A stretch of 64,000 nucleotides of DNA, from positions 308,853-372,852 of the forward strand of contig CAWJIM010000021.1 of NCBI GenBank assembly GCA_963842945.1, written 5' to 3'. Every line of letters begins with the position of its first letter. Position 1 is the first letter of the stretch. Below, one piece after another: positions 42,309 through 51,555 of this stretch. The position numbers and the translations under genes are program-made. This stretch comes from an uncultured Gemmatimonadales bacterium (lineage in GTDB: Bacteria > Gemmatimonadota > Gemmatimonadetes > Gemmatimonadales > GWC2-71-9). The notes under the pieces were generated by a model. The model had not been told where the DNA came from, did no database searches, and saw nothing but the letters and a program-made list of their open reading frames with translations.

Positions 42309-43074
42309 TCAGGCGTGCACGGCCTGGGGCGCGGAATTGCCGAGCCAATCCTCGAAGCGGATCTCGCCCAGCCTGGCGTCGGCCTCGGCACCAGCGTACG
42401 CTCGTCCATCCCGGTGCCGAAGTAGCGCGCCTGCGGGTCGGCGATGACTGTCCGCGGATCCTGCCGTGCAGCGAGCCCCAGCCTGATGAATTCGTCGAAG
42501 CGAAACTGTTGCGGTCCGCCGATCTCGACCATGCCGTTCAGCGGGGCCGACACGGCGACTCGAGCTCACCGCCTTCGCGACGTCCTCCGCCGCTATGGGT
42601 TGGAACAGCACGGGGCGCGATGCGCACCGTATTCCCGTCGGTGGCCTCATCTGCGATGCGCTTGAGGAACTCGAAGAACTGGGTGGAACGGATGATCGAG
42701 TACGGGATCGACGAGTTTCGGATCAGCTTCTCCTGGGCGACCTTGGCGCGGAGGTAACCGCTGTCGGGCGCCCGGTCGCTGCCGACGACCGACAGCGCGA
42801 CGTGATGGCCCACACCCGCCGCCGCTTCGGCGGCCAGGAGATTGCCGGTCGACGTCTCGAAGAACTTCAGCACCGCCGCGTCTTCGAACGACGGCGAGTT
42901 CGACACGTCAACGACGACGGCCGCACCGGTGAGGACGTCGGCCAGGCCCTCGCCCGTGAGCGTGTTGACGCCCGAGTCCGGAGACGCCGGCACGGCCTCG
43001 TGGCCCTGCTCCCGAAGGCGGGTGACGAGCTTCGACCCGATGAGCCCGCTTCCGCCGATGATCACGACCTTCAT
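42309..43074 (-). CDS. Atypical SDR / NmrA-like NAD(P)H-binding protein (frameshifts in the 3' part)
   Basis: MKVVIIGGSGLIG, HHVALSVVG, YLRAKVAQE, RSTQFFEF. Confidence 0.85.
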
Positions 43075-43085
43075 GGTAAGTCCTT

Positions 43086-43835
43086 TCAGCGAGTGGTTGA
43101 GGGTGCGGAGCTCGGCTGACCGATCTTGTTCCTCTGTGCCTCTGTGGTGAATCCTACTTCCCGGTACTCCTCGAACGGGGCGTTCATCAGGAAATCCACG
43201 GTAGACGGCCGCTGGTAGCCGGGCACGAAACGCTCCCCGAAGTCCCCAGCGAAATTGTCGTAGGTGGTCTCCGGCTTGGTCTGGACAATGCGGCAAACCG
43301 AATCCTTGAAGCGCCGCTTCATCTCGAGGCGGGGAAACGCGGCGAGGATACTCTGCATCTCGTTCGGCGGGATCCGATCGAACTGGAATCCGAATTCGAC
43401 GCCGATTCCAGCCGTGCAGAGCGCCACTTCAGCCTCCTTGTTGAGGCCGATCGAAGGTGTGGAGTTCAAGGCGACACTGTCCCAGATCAGCTGCAGGCGA
43501 CGGTCGTCGTCGAGACCTTGCTCGCGCGCAAAGGCCCGCGCTGCCTCGGCCCCTTCTATCTCGAAGCGCTTGGGACCGGTGAACCTGTCCGTGAGCCCAA
43601 GGTCGTGGAGCAGCGTCCCGACGGCGACGATTTCCGCGTCGTGAGGCATACCCTGCAACTGCCCCAGCCGTGCCGCGAAGAGCCAGGATCGGACGGCATG
43701 GTTGAAGAGATACGGCTCGGAATGGACGCGGGCATAGTCCATTGCCCGGGTGATGAGCGGCGTGTCGATCACCGTAATGCCACCCAGGACTCGGGTCTTG
43801 CCGCTCGTGACGGTCGATTCGGCGGTTAGTGACAT
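43086..43835 (-). CDS. HD-domain protein (cyanamide hydratase-like)
   Basis: LFNHAVRSWLF, LLHDLGL, RFEIEGA; the true stop is probably near 43165. Confidence 0.8.
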   Translation of the reverse strand: MSLTAESTVTSGKTRVLGGITVIDTPLITRAMDYARVHSEPYLFNHAVRSWLFAARLGQLQGMPHDAEIVAVGTLLHDLGLTDRFTGPKRFEIEGAEAARAFAREQGLDDDRRLQLIWDSVALNSTPSIGLNKEAEVALCTAGIGVEFGFQFDRIPPNEMQSILAAFPRLEMKRRFKDSVCRIVQTKPETTYDNFAGDFGERFVPGYQRPSTVDFLMNAPFEEYREVGFTTEAQRNKIGQPSSAPSTTR

Positions 43836-43850
43836 GGTCAGCTCCTAGCG

Positions 43851-44699
43851 TTAGGCGCCGCGTCCGGCGAGCGAGACCACGTGCCGCTCGGCCCACGAGA
43901 GCGCGTAGTCGGCGATCTCCTCCCAGCCGCGCTGCGCGGGGAGCAGGTGAGAGCGCCCCTCGAACACCGTCACCTCGGTGAGCGTCTCCGCCGTGTAGTG
44001 GGCCGCGTTCGAGTGCTGCACGACCGGCGGCATCAGGTGGTCCTCACCGCCGGAGATGAACAGCAGCGGAGGCCGCGCCGCGTTGCGGTAGTTGACCGCG
44101 GTCGCCTGGGGCCCGGGCTCGACGTTCGCGAGCACGGTGTCCCAGACAAGGCCACCCGATGCGGGCACGTGATACCGCTTGTACGACGCACGCGCCTCGG
44201 CCTCGGGGAACGTGTTGGTGAAGGTGTAGCGCCACTGCTCGTACGTGAGGCCGACCGCCCGGTGCCGGTTCGCCGGGCTCTTGAGCACCGGGAACGTCGC
44301 CCGGATCTGCGACCACGGCGCGACGAGGACGCCCTCGGTCGGCGCGGAGTTGAACGTCACTCCCGCGGCGCCGAAGCCACGGTCGAGCAGGATCTGCACG
44401 AACGTACCGCCGGCCGAGTGGCCCATGAGGATCGGTGGGGCGTCGAGCGCCCCGATAATCGACTCCAGATGCGCGATGACTGAGGGAACCGTGAGCCGCT
44501 CGACCGGCGTCGGGTCGGCGTTGAGCGCCTCGACCTCGACCTCGAAGCCGGGGTAAGCGGGGGCGAGGACGCGGTAGCCCTTGGCCTCGTAGTACGGGAT
44601 CCAGTGCTCCCAGCTGCGCGGGGTCACCCAGAAGCCGTGGACCAACACGATCGTGTCGGGAGAGCGCTCTGAGGCGCGCGGTGTCATTGGCGTCGGCAT
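43851..44699 (-). CDS. Alpha/beta hydrolase
   Basis: LVHGFW, GHSAGG nucleophile elbow, GGEDH, GRSH. Confidence 0.9.
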   Translation of the reverse strand: MPTPMTPRASERSPDTIVLVHGFWVTPRSWEHWIPYYEAKGYRVLAPAYPGFEVEVEALNADPTPVERLTVPSVIAHLESIIGALDAPPILMGHSAGGTFVQILLDRGFGAAGVTFNSAPTEGVLVAPWSQIRATFPVLKSPANRHRAVGLTYEQWRYTFTNTFPEAEARASYKRYHVPASGGLVWDTVLANVEPGPQATAVNYRNAARPPLLFISGGEDHLMPPVVQHSNAAHYTAETLTEVTVFEGRSHLLPAQRGWEEIADYALSWAERHVVSLAGRGA

Positions 44700-44755
44700 G
44701 TTTGCTCCGTGCGGGCAAGGGTTTGTGGCGTCGCACGTCGAAGGCCCGGGCCTGT

Positions 44756-44800
44756 AAAAAAAACGACCGCCAAGCTGACCTTCACGCAGCTCGGCGGTCT
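44756..44800 (-). terminator. Intrinsic terminator forming the riboswitch expression platform
   Basis: Minus strand GACCGCCGAGCTG-cgtgaaggt-CAGCTTGGCGGTC-g-T8. Confidence 0.85.
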
Positions 44801-44896
44801 TGAGACTTCGCGGCACCGCCACGACGGCAGCGCAGAGGGCGAGGACCCGTGGCTTTGCGACCCCGGCTTTCGCCGGGTGTGCCTATATCGGGCGAC
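44779..44896 (-). ncRNA. c-di-GMP-I (GEMM-I) riboswitch, G20 type
   Basis: CGATATAGGCACACCCGGC-GAAA-GCCGGGGTCGCAAAGCCACGGGTCC...GACCGCCGAGCTGCGTGAAGG; long P3 insert and a slightly deviant 3' end. Confidence 0.75.
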
Positions 44897-44975
44897 GAAT
44901 TTGCCCATGCTAGGCCCCGGAATCTCACCTGTCAAGATTGATCACAGACTAGTTACGAACCACAGCTGCTGTATC

Positions 44976-46599
44976 CTACCCCATCGGCCTTACCCGCGGC
45001 CCGATCCGTAGCTCCCGCCCCTCCTGTGACAGGAGCACTTCCGCCGCCCGGCGCGCGTCCGCCGGGAGCGGCCGGTGCGTTTCCCACCAGCGCTCCGCTC
45101 GCTCGACGGTCCAGGGTTGTTCCCACGAGACGGCGTTGAGCCGAGTGCTCACCGCATCCGCGCTGGCCGGGCGGCGCGCCGGGTCCTTCTCCAGACACTC
45201 CATGACCAGGTCCTCGAGCGGAGCCGGGATAGACAGCTCAGACCTGGACGAGGGCCGGGGTGGCGGCGTGTGGGCGTGATGGAACATCACCTCCACGACG
45301 CTCTTTCCCGCGAAAACCAGCTTGCCGGTAAGCAGCCAGTAGGCGACACACCCTAGCGCATACAGGTCGACCCGATGATCGGTGTCAGCGACGCCGAGCA
45401 CTACCTCGGGCGCCATGAACGCCGGAGTGCCGCTGGCGCTGCCCTCGCTGGTGAGTTTGATATCGTCCTCGGCCTTCCGCGCGCTGTCGAGTTTGACCAG
45501 TCCGAAGTCGAGCACCTTGGCAAAATCAAAAGTGGTTCCCGCCCGGCTGACCACGACGTTGGCCGGCTTGATGTCGCGATGCACCAGCCCGTTGACGTGC
45601 GCGTCCTGAAGTGAGGCGCAGACCTGGCGGAGAAGGTGAACGACCCGCTCCGCCGGAAGCGGTCCGTACTGCCGGACCAGGGTATCGAGATCCAGTCCGT
45701 CGAGCAGCTCCATCACGTAATACAGCCTGCCGTCTTCGGTGGCGCCGAAGTCGTAGAGCTGCACCGTGTGCGGCGACTTGAGCGCCGCAGTGGCGCGGGC
45801 CTCGCGCTCGAAGCGCCGGAGGAGCAGCTCGGGATCGCCGGACATCTGGGGACGGATCAGCTTGATCGCCGCCGGCCGGATCAGCAGGCGGTGCCGCGCC
45901 CGCCAGACCTCGCCCATCCCGCCGCCCCCGATCTTCTCCTCGAGAACATACTGGCCCGAGCTCGTTGGCTTCGGCCACCTGCCGGCGGAGTCCGTAGGTG
46001 ACCCGGGAAGTAATGGTGGCCAGCGTGGTCCCCAGGACACTCCAGAGGACCGTGTTGAGGGTCATGTACTGCTTCTGGTAGGCCGCGCTGAACCCGGGCA
46101 GGAGCGCCGTGGGGTGATGGCGCGCGATGCAGACGATCACCGTCGGCAGGAAAACCAGCGCCGAGAGCAGCATCGTCCGGCCGGGCCGGGACGGCACCAG
46201 GATCGCCCGGATCATGACGGTCACGATGAGGGCCAGCAGCACCTGCAGGATCTGGCCCTCGTCATTCATTGTCATGAGGGATAGGGAACCACGGGCCACC
46301 ACAAAGCTGACGGCATCGAGCGCCCCCAGGCTCCGCACGCGAGAGCCTGGCGCGCCGGGCCAGGAGCCAGAGCAGGGCCATGGTCGAGCTGGCGCCAGGT
46401 GGCCTATCGCGACTGGACTGGTTACTACCGCGAGGAACGGGGCGCCGCCGACCAGCACCTTGCTGGCGAGGAGGAAGAGATAGAATGCGAACGACACGAG
46501 GAAGAGCGTCTTGCCGACCAGCGCCAGACGCTCCTGCACGAAATCCAATCCGTTGGAGGTGTCGAGTCCCCGTTCCAGAACGGCGGTGTTCGTCGTCAT
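44976..46599 (-). CDS. Membrane-anchored Hanks-type Ser/Thr kinase (frameshift near 45955)
   Basis: N-terminal TM helices; IGGGGMGEVW, AAIKLI, HRDIKPAN, DFGLVK, GTPAFMAPE. Confidence 0.9.
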
Positions 46600-46603
46600 C
46601 GTC

Positions 46604-47065
46604 TCAGTGGGTCCCATGGCCATGGTAATGATGTACCACGGCGTGTCCCCGCCCCCGCGAGATCAGCCAGCGATTCACCGGAAATGCGGCGCTCGCGGCC
46701 AGCAGCAGCGACAGCACCAGGCTCCCCCAGAACAGCCCGGAGTCGAGCGGTGCGTTCATCGCTCCCGGGATGACCAGCATCAGCGCATTGTCCACGACTT
46801 CCATGATGGCAATCGAAGCAGTGTCCGACGCGAATGCGAGCCGGAGCACCGTCCCGGTGGCGATTCCGGCGCGGAGCAGCGGCCGCACGGTGAGACCGTA
46901 GCCGAAGAAGAAGGCGAGCACCACCGACAGCACCACCGTCGGGAGGTTTCGCCAATTCAGCGCGGTGCCGATGACCATGCCCATAACCTCGCCGATGGCG
47001 CAGCCCGTCAGACAATGGACGGTGGCGGCGAAGGCCAGCCGGTTGAGCGATGCTTCCTTCATCAA
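46604..47065 (-). CDS. DUF4396 membrane protein
   Basis: ATVHCLTGCAIGE, SDTASIAIME..DN, PVNRWLI.RGRGH, His-rich tail. Confidence 0.85.
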   Translation of the reverse strand: MMKEASLNRLAFAATVHCLTGCAIGEVMGMVIGTALNWRNLPTVVLSVVLAFFFGYGLTVRPLLRAGIATGTVLRLAFASDTASIAIMEVVDNALMLVIPGAMNAPLDSGLFWGSLVLSLLLAASAAFPVNRWLISRGRGHAVVHHYHGHGTH

Positions 47066-48294
47066 TGATGCATGTGAGGGTCCGCGGCATGCGGGCCGGC
47101 AGCCTCGAGCAGCGCCGGACGGACCCGAACGAACACAGCCAGTCCCACCGGTGTTCGGCTGCCGTACTCACCCTCCAGATCTTCCGGCACGAAGTTGATC
47201 GCACCGCGAGCGCCGACGCCGGCGGTGGCGCCTCCAAATCTGGCCAACTCGCGCACGTATCCGAAGGACAGCGCGCCCACATCGAATTCCTGTTCGGTTA
47301 ACGGGGCGGGCAGCGCCAAGTCGTCCCCCGCCTTCCGCACGTATTCTGCCCGGCCGAAGACGGTGTTGGCCGCGTCGAGCTGAAGGTTCGATTCCAGAAT
47401 CACGCTGTGCTCCCAGTCCCCTGCCGGCCCCCCGTGCGGCCGCCGTTGATTGGCGCCGTACACCAGCGCCGAGGCCCATTCGCCCCGCTTACCCAATGGC
47501 GCGGTGTGCAATACCGATGCGCCGAGCCGGTCCTGATCCTCATCCGGATGCAGTGCTTCGGGCTCGACCAGGTGACCGTAGCTCGCGGCCAGCGCCCAGT
47601 TCGGATCCGGCGCAACCGAGAGCCGGGCGCCGTAGGAGTCGAGCGGATGGAAGTCCGGGTCGTACCGGTCCTCGTCCGGCTCTCGGCCGTTGAACACGGT
47701 GCCCTCGAGCTTGAGTTGACGGGTGAAGACGCCGGCGGTGATCACGCCGTAGGTGATATGGGTGGCGTCGGTCCAGTGGTGGCTCAGCGGAGCAAACGGA
47801 TCGTTCAGCGCGGAAGGCCGGTGCATGTACGCCACCGGCCCGATCGCGGGCTCGCCCACCGGAGCGACATAGGCCATCACGCCCCAGGAGCCCGCCACTC
47901 TGCGCTCGTACATGGCCGAGACTTCCATCAGGAGATCGTGAGGATGCTGCCGGTCGTGCAGCGGCTGGCCCTGGTAGGTCTCGCCGGTCTGGAGCAGCAG
48001 CGGATAGCCTTGCGCGCCGATGGTCAGCGGCTCGGCGCTGGCCATGGCGTGCAGATGCAACGTGCCGCCACCCAGCTGCCGCATCGCCATCAGCATTCCC
48101 CAGTTGATGCTGCCGAGCTGATCGTCGCCGCGGGGGCCACCCTGGGTGTCGTACTGAAGGAACGCGTCACCGTGGACCATCAGCATCCACGAGCCGGCAC
48201 CGAAGTGCCAGGCCCGCATGGCGGAGGCATCCGGCAGCCACGCGGTGCCCGAGCCCATCCGGCTCATGGGAATGCCGAAGGGACGCTCCGGCAT
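47062..48294 (-). CDS. Putative outer-membrane beta-barrel protein, Met/His-rich (copper-locus type)
   Basis: GSGTAWLP, QTGET...DRQHPHDLLME, YMHRPSA, HHWTDATHI, FNGREPDE; a signal-like LLLSFAGRAQA-Q lies upstream, so the real start is near 48350 or beyond. Confidence 0.7.
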   Translation of the reverse strand: MPERPFGIPMSRMGSGTAWLPDASAMRAWHFGAGSWMLMVHGDAFLQYDTQGGPRGDDQLGSINWGMLMAMRQLGGGTLHLHAMASAEPLTIGAQGYPLLLQTGETYQGQPLHDRQHPHDLLMEVSAMYERRVAGSWGVMAYVAPVGEPAIGPVAYMHRPSALNDPFAPLSHHWTDATHITYGVITAGVFTRQLKLEGTVFNGREPDEDRYDPDFHPLDSYGARLSVAPDPNWALAASYGHLVEPEALHPDEDQDRLGASVLHTAPLGKRGEWASALVYGANQRRPHGGPAGDWEHSVILESNLQLDAANTVFGRAEYVRKAGDDLALPAPLTEQEFDVGALSFGYVRELARFGGATAGVGARGAINFVPEDLEGEYGSRTPVGLAVFVRVRPALLEAAGPHAADPHMHH

Positions 48295-48358
48295 CTGCGC
48301 CGGAGAGTGCTGGGCCTGGGCCCGGCCGGCGAAGGAGAGCAGGAGCGGCGATGAGCGG

Positions 48359-48498
48359 CCAGTCTCCAGTCGCCAGTCGCTAGCCGGCAGCCATTAGGCG
48401 TCGGTAGCTCGGGATGAAGAGGGCCGGTTTCGGATCAGGATCCCTGACGAGGGCTGAGGACTGAGGACTGGGGCTAGGACTGAGGACTGGCGACTGGT
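48359..48498. repeat. Inverted 7-mer arrays (CCAGTCG / CGACTGG, CTGAGGA)
   Basis: ccagtct-ccagtcg-ccagtcg ... ctgagga-ctgagga-ctgggg...ctgagga-ctggcga-ctgg. Confidence 0.7.
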
Positions 48499-49064
48499 CA
48501 CCTTCGACACGCGCAGTCGAAGCAGCCGTGCTCGAGGCAGGCTCCGCAGCATCGCACCACCTGCTTCCGAAGCGCTTCCCGCGCCCGGTGCAGCCGTACC
48601 CCGGCATTCCCCGGAGTGATGCCGGCCTCCTCGGCGTAGCTCCGGACGCTGGCGCCCTCGAGCTCCACCCGGCGCAACGCAGTCTCGTACTCCGGCTTGA
48701 GCGTCTCCAGCAGGCTCATGACGCAGGCGCAGACCACCGCCTCCAGCTCCTTGTCGGGCTCGGTCGCAGATTCCGTTTCCGCCGCCAGCCGGTCGATCGC
48801 CCGGCCCCGGCTGTCCCGCCGCCGATAGTAGTCGGTGAGGGCGTTCCGCAGCACCCGGTAGAACCAGGTGATGGCCGACGTGGAGTCTTCCATCGGCGGC
48901 GCGCGCTCCAGGCTTCGGACGAACGCCTCCTGCAGAATATCCTCGGCTTCCTCCCGCGATCCCACCCGGCGTTCTAGAAACGCCAGGAAGCGGGAGTGGT
49001 TTTCCAGCAGGACTCTGAGCGCATCCGGATTTGCAGGCTCCGAGCTCGAGGCTACGGTGGGCAT
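48498..49064 (-). CDS. ECF sigma factor with Cys-rich C-terminus (SigZ/CorE-like)
   Basis: AEDILQEAF, WFYRVLRN, VCACV, VRLHRAR, C-terminal CCGACLEHGCFDCAC. Confidence 0.9.
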   Translation of the reverse strand: MPTVASSSEPANPDALRVLLENHSRFLAFLERRVGSREEAEDILQEAFVRSLERAPPMEDSTSAITWFYRVLRNALTDYYRRRDSRGRAIDRLAAETESATEPDKELEAVVCACVMSLLETLKPEYETALRRVELEGASVRSYAEEAGITPGNAGVRLHRAREALRKQVVRCCGACLEHGCFDCACRR

Positions 49065-49083
49065 GGTGGTCAGGAGTCAGCTG

Positions 49084-49152
49084 AGATCGCGAGACGCGAG
49101 TACTCCGGCTGAGCCGGCTCGAGAGGTGACTCGCGACTCGTGTCTCGCGTCT
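49084..49152. repeat. Inverted 7-mer arrays (GAGACGC / GACTCGC-GTCTCGC) flanking a hairpin
   Basis: gagatcgc-gagacgc-gag ... gactcgc-gactcgt-gtctcgc-gtct. Confidence 0.65.
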
Positions 49153-49158
49153 TCCAAC

Positions 49159-49272
49159 TTACTCGCAGCCGCAGCCGCAGTTACAGCCGCCCAGCTCGCA
49201 GGGGCAGTCGGCCCCGCAGGAACAGTTACAGCCACAGGGACAGCCCTGCTTGGTGGTCTCATTGCTAGACAT
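49159..49272 (-). CDS. Metallothionein-like peptide (37 aa, 11 Cys)
   Basis: MSSNETTKQGCPCGCNCSCGADCPCELGGCNCGCGCE; GAGGAG RBS 8 nt upstream; below the ORF-track cutoff. Confidence 0.8.
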   Translation of the reverse strand: MSSNETTKQGCPCGCNCSCGADCPCELGGCNCGCGCE

Positions 49273-49320
49273 GATACGTCTCCTCAGGTGTGGGTTGCCA
49301 GCTTTGGCCTTCACACCTGC

Positions 49321-49347
49321 AGACGCAGAACCGGCTGGAGTATTACA
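49321..49347 (-). promoter_or_regulatory. Candidate ECF-type promoter for the metallothionein-sigma unit
   Basis: Minus strand TGTAA-N17-CGTCT about 50 nt upstream of the peptide ATG. Confidence 0.5.
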
Positions 49348-49386
49348 GGGAATGGCGAACGGAAGAGCGGGCGGGTACGGCTGGTA

Positions 49387-49863
49387 TCACTTTCCGGGGA
49401 GCCGTGGCTTCTTCCGCCGCTCCACCGGGCTGGCCTCGGTCGTGCGGCGGCGCTCCAATGCCTCGCGGACCTTGGCCAGCGCCTCGTCCCGGGTATACGG
49501 CTTCGCTAGAAAGGGGACGTCCAGCGACTGAAGCCCATGCTGAACCAGAACTTCGGCGGGATGGGCGGACATATAGAGGATCCGCTGGTCGGACCACTCC
49601 TCCTGGATCATCTGGCCCAGCTCCACTCCGTCGCAGTCGGGCATCACCACATCCAGCATCACCAGGTCTATTCGGCCCCGGGCCTGGCTGAGCACATCGA
49701 GCGCCTCAGGGGCCGATTCCGCCTCCAGCACCCGGTACCCTTCCTCACTCAGAATTCGATAGGCGATGCGCCGGGAGAGCCGCTCGTCGTCGACGACCAG
49801 TATGGTGGTGGCAATCCGGGGAAATGGAATGGACAGGTTTGCCTCACGCCCAAAGGACCGCAC
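49387..49863 (-). CDS. Single-domain response regulator
   Basis: ILVVDDE, LVMLDVVMP, YMSAH, FLAKPY; start uncertain. Confidence 0.85.
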   Translation of the reverse strand: MRSFGREANLSIPFPRIATTILVVDDERLSRRIAYRILSEEGYRVLEAESAPEALDVLSQARGRIDLVMLDVVMPDCDGVELGQMIQEEWSDQRILYMSAHPAEVLVQHGLQSLDVPFLAKPYTRDEALAKVREALERRRTTEASPVERRKKPRLPGK

Positions 49864-49898
49864 CGACCTTACCTCCCGGTACCGGTTGGCGCAGTGAT

Positions 49899-50381
49899 TT
49901 ATGGCCCGGCTCGGTGTTCTCGCCGCTGAAACTCGAGAAAGGTGTGAATCGCCCGCAGTGCTTCGGCGTCCCCTGTCATGATTCGGACCTCACCCCCCAA
50001 TGGTAGCTCTCGGTACTGGTAGCGGATAGCCCGGTGCTTCTCGGCCATGGTGCGCGCGCCCGGAACTTCCCCGGCGTGCACCATCGCGGGGGCTGCGAAA
50101 TCACCCTTGGAAAAGGCCTCCACGATTGCCCTCAGATGGTCTCTGATGGCCTGCACCCCGGCGCTGTCGGGCCGGTTTCGCTGCAGCTCGATCCGCCCGC
50201 CGTCCGGCAGATTTTCGAAGCGATGGGTGGAAGCGTACTGGTCCACTCCCATGGCCACCCGGCCGCGGGACTGCATCGAGGTAAAGGCTGTGTCTCTCGC
50301 GTCCTGGGCCGAGGATACTGTGGCACCGGCCGAGGCGAGTACCGCGACCGCGAGCCAGTGCCGCGCATTGAACGAACACAT
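49899..50381 (-). CDS. Hypothetical secreted protein
   Basis: Signal peptide SSA-Q; AMGVDQYASTHRF..LPDGGRIEL, AIHTFLEFQRREH. Confidence 0.7.
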   Translation of the reverse strand: MCSFNARHWLAVAVLASAGATVSSAQDARDTAFTSMQSRGRVAMGVDQYASTHRFENLPDGGRIELQRNRPDSAGVQAIRDHLRAIVEAFSKGDFAAPAMVHAGEVPGARTMAEKHRAIRYQYRELPLGGEVRIMTGDAEALRAIHTFLEFQRREHRAGP

Positions 50382-50433
50382 GGAGTCGCTCCGTGAGAGA
50401 TTCTGAAGCGTACCCTCTGCCCAGCGGGACCGC

Positions 50434-50449
50434 AGGAACTTTTGTTCCC
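50434..50449. promoter_or_regulatory. Candidate Crp/Fnr-family operator
   Basis: GGAAC-TTTT-GTTCC palindrome between the divergent Crp/Fnr and secreted-protein genes. Confidence 0.45.
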
Positions 50450-50469
50450 TTATCTCCGTCGGGAATCCC

Positions 50470-51138
50470 ATGATCGATCCCTGCCTGCTGTCCAACACGC
50501 CGTTGTTTGCCCATCTGTCTCCCAGGCTCGTCGCCAATCTGGCCCACCGTTCGATCGAACGGCGCTTTGCCGCCGGCCAGCTGCTCTATGCCGCCGGAAC
50601 CGTTCCGGCCGGACTGTTGGTCGTGCTCGAGGGGAGAGTGCGGGTGGTCCGGGGCAACGGACGGCAGCACGTGATCCATGAAGAGGGTCCGGGCGGCGCG
50701 CTGGGTGAAGTGCCGGTGTTCGATGGTGGCACCTATCCGGCCACCGCCATCGCCGGGGAGCCGACTCGCTGTCTATTACTCCCGACCGAGGCACTTCGGT
50801 CGGCCATCCGCTCCAGCCCGGAGACGTCGCTCCTCTTTCTCCATCGCCTGGGCGAGCGCACCCGCCACCTGGTGGACCGGCTCGACGGCCTGGCCGCCCA
50901 CGATGTGAACGCCCGGCTCGCCCGACTCCTCCAAACCCGCCAGCAGGCAGTCGGGCCAGGAGCTCCCTTCACCCTCGGCCGAACGCAACTGGAAACCGCC
51001 GAAGAGTTGGGCACCGTACGGGAGGTCGTCGTGCGGGCGCTTCGTGAGCTTCGGCAGGACGGTATCATCGAATCGGCCGGCCGCGGCCGGTATGTCGTGC
51101 GGGATGATGGGAGACTGGCCGGTCTGATCCCCACCTGA
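50470..51138 (+). CDS. Crp/Fnr family transcriptional regulator
   Basis: LGEVPVFDGGTYPATA cNMP-like domain; TQLETAEELGTVREVVVR HTH. Confidence 0.9.
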   Translation: MIDPCLLSNTPLFAHLSPRLVANLAHRSIERRFAAGQLLYAAGTVPAGLLVVLEGRVRVVRGNGRQHVIHEEGPGGALGEVPVFDGGTYPATAIAGEPTRCLLLPTEALRSAIRSSPETSLLFLHRLGERTRHLVDRLDGLAAHDVNARLARLLQTRQQAVGPGAPFTLGRTQLETAEELGTVREVVVRALRELRQDGIIESAGRGRYVVRDDGRLAGLIPT

Positions 51139-51147
51139 AGAAGACCC

Positions 51148-51175
51148 TTGACATATCAATGAAAGTTGATACAAT
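51148..51175 (+). promoter_or_regulatory. Sigma70 promoter overlapped by an ArsR-type operator
   Basis: TTGACA-N16-TACAAT with a TATCAA-N6-TTGATA palindrome; a second degenerate ATCAA-N6-TTGTT lies at 51529-51544. Confidence 0.8.
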
Positions 51176-51181
51176 CCAGGT

Positions 51182-51505
51182 ATGGCAACGCGCACCAAAC
51201 CAGAGACCGAACGGTCCGTGCGGCTGTTTCACGCGCTTTCGGACAGCACCCGTCTCTCTATCCTGCAGCGGCTTCGCTTCGGAGAGCGCTGCGTCTGCGA
51301 TCTCACCGATGCCCTGGACGCGGCCCAGTCGCGGCTCTCCTTCCACCTGAAGGTGCTGAAGGATGCCGATCTGGTAACCGACCGGCCGGAGGGCCGCTGG
51401 ATGTACTACACCCTCAACCCCGACACGCTGAACGAGCTGGCCGAGACCGTGGAGGCGCTGGCGTCGCCACCGTCTCCCGCCGAGCGGAAGACCGGCTGCT
51501 GCTGA
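51182..51505 (+). CDS. arsR: ArsR/SmtB family repressor
   Basis: FHALSDSTRL, ERCVCDL, QSRLSFHLKVL, C-terminal CC. Confidence 0.9.
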   Translation: MATRTKPETERSVRLFHALSDSTRLSILQRLRFGERCVCDLTDALDAAQSRLSFHLKVLKDADLVTDRPEGRWMYYTLNPDTLNELAETVEALASPPSPAERKTGCC

Positions 51506-51555
51506 TCCACTTTTTATTTACGAAAAGCATCAAAAAATCTTGTTAGGAGGTTGCA

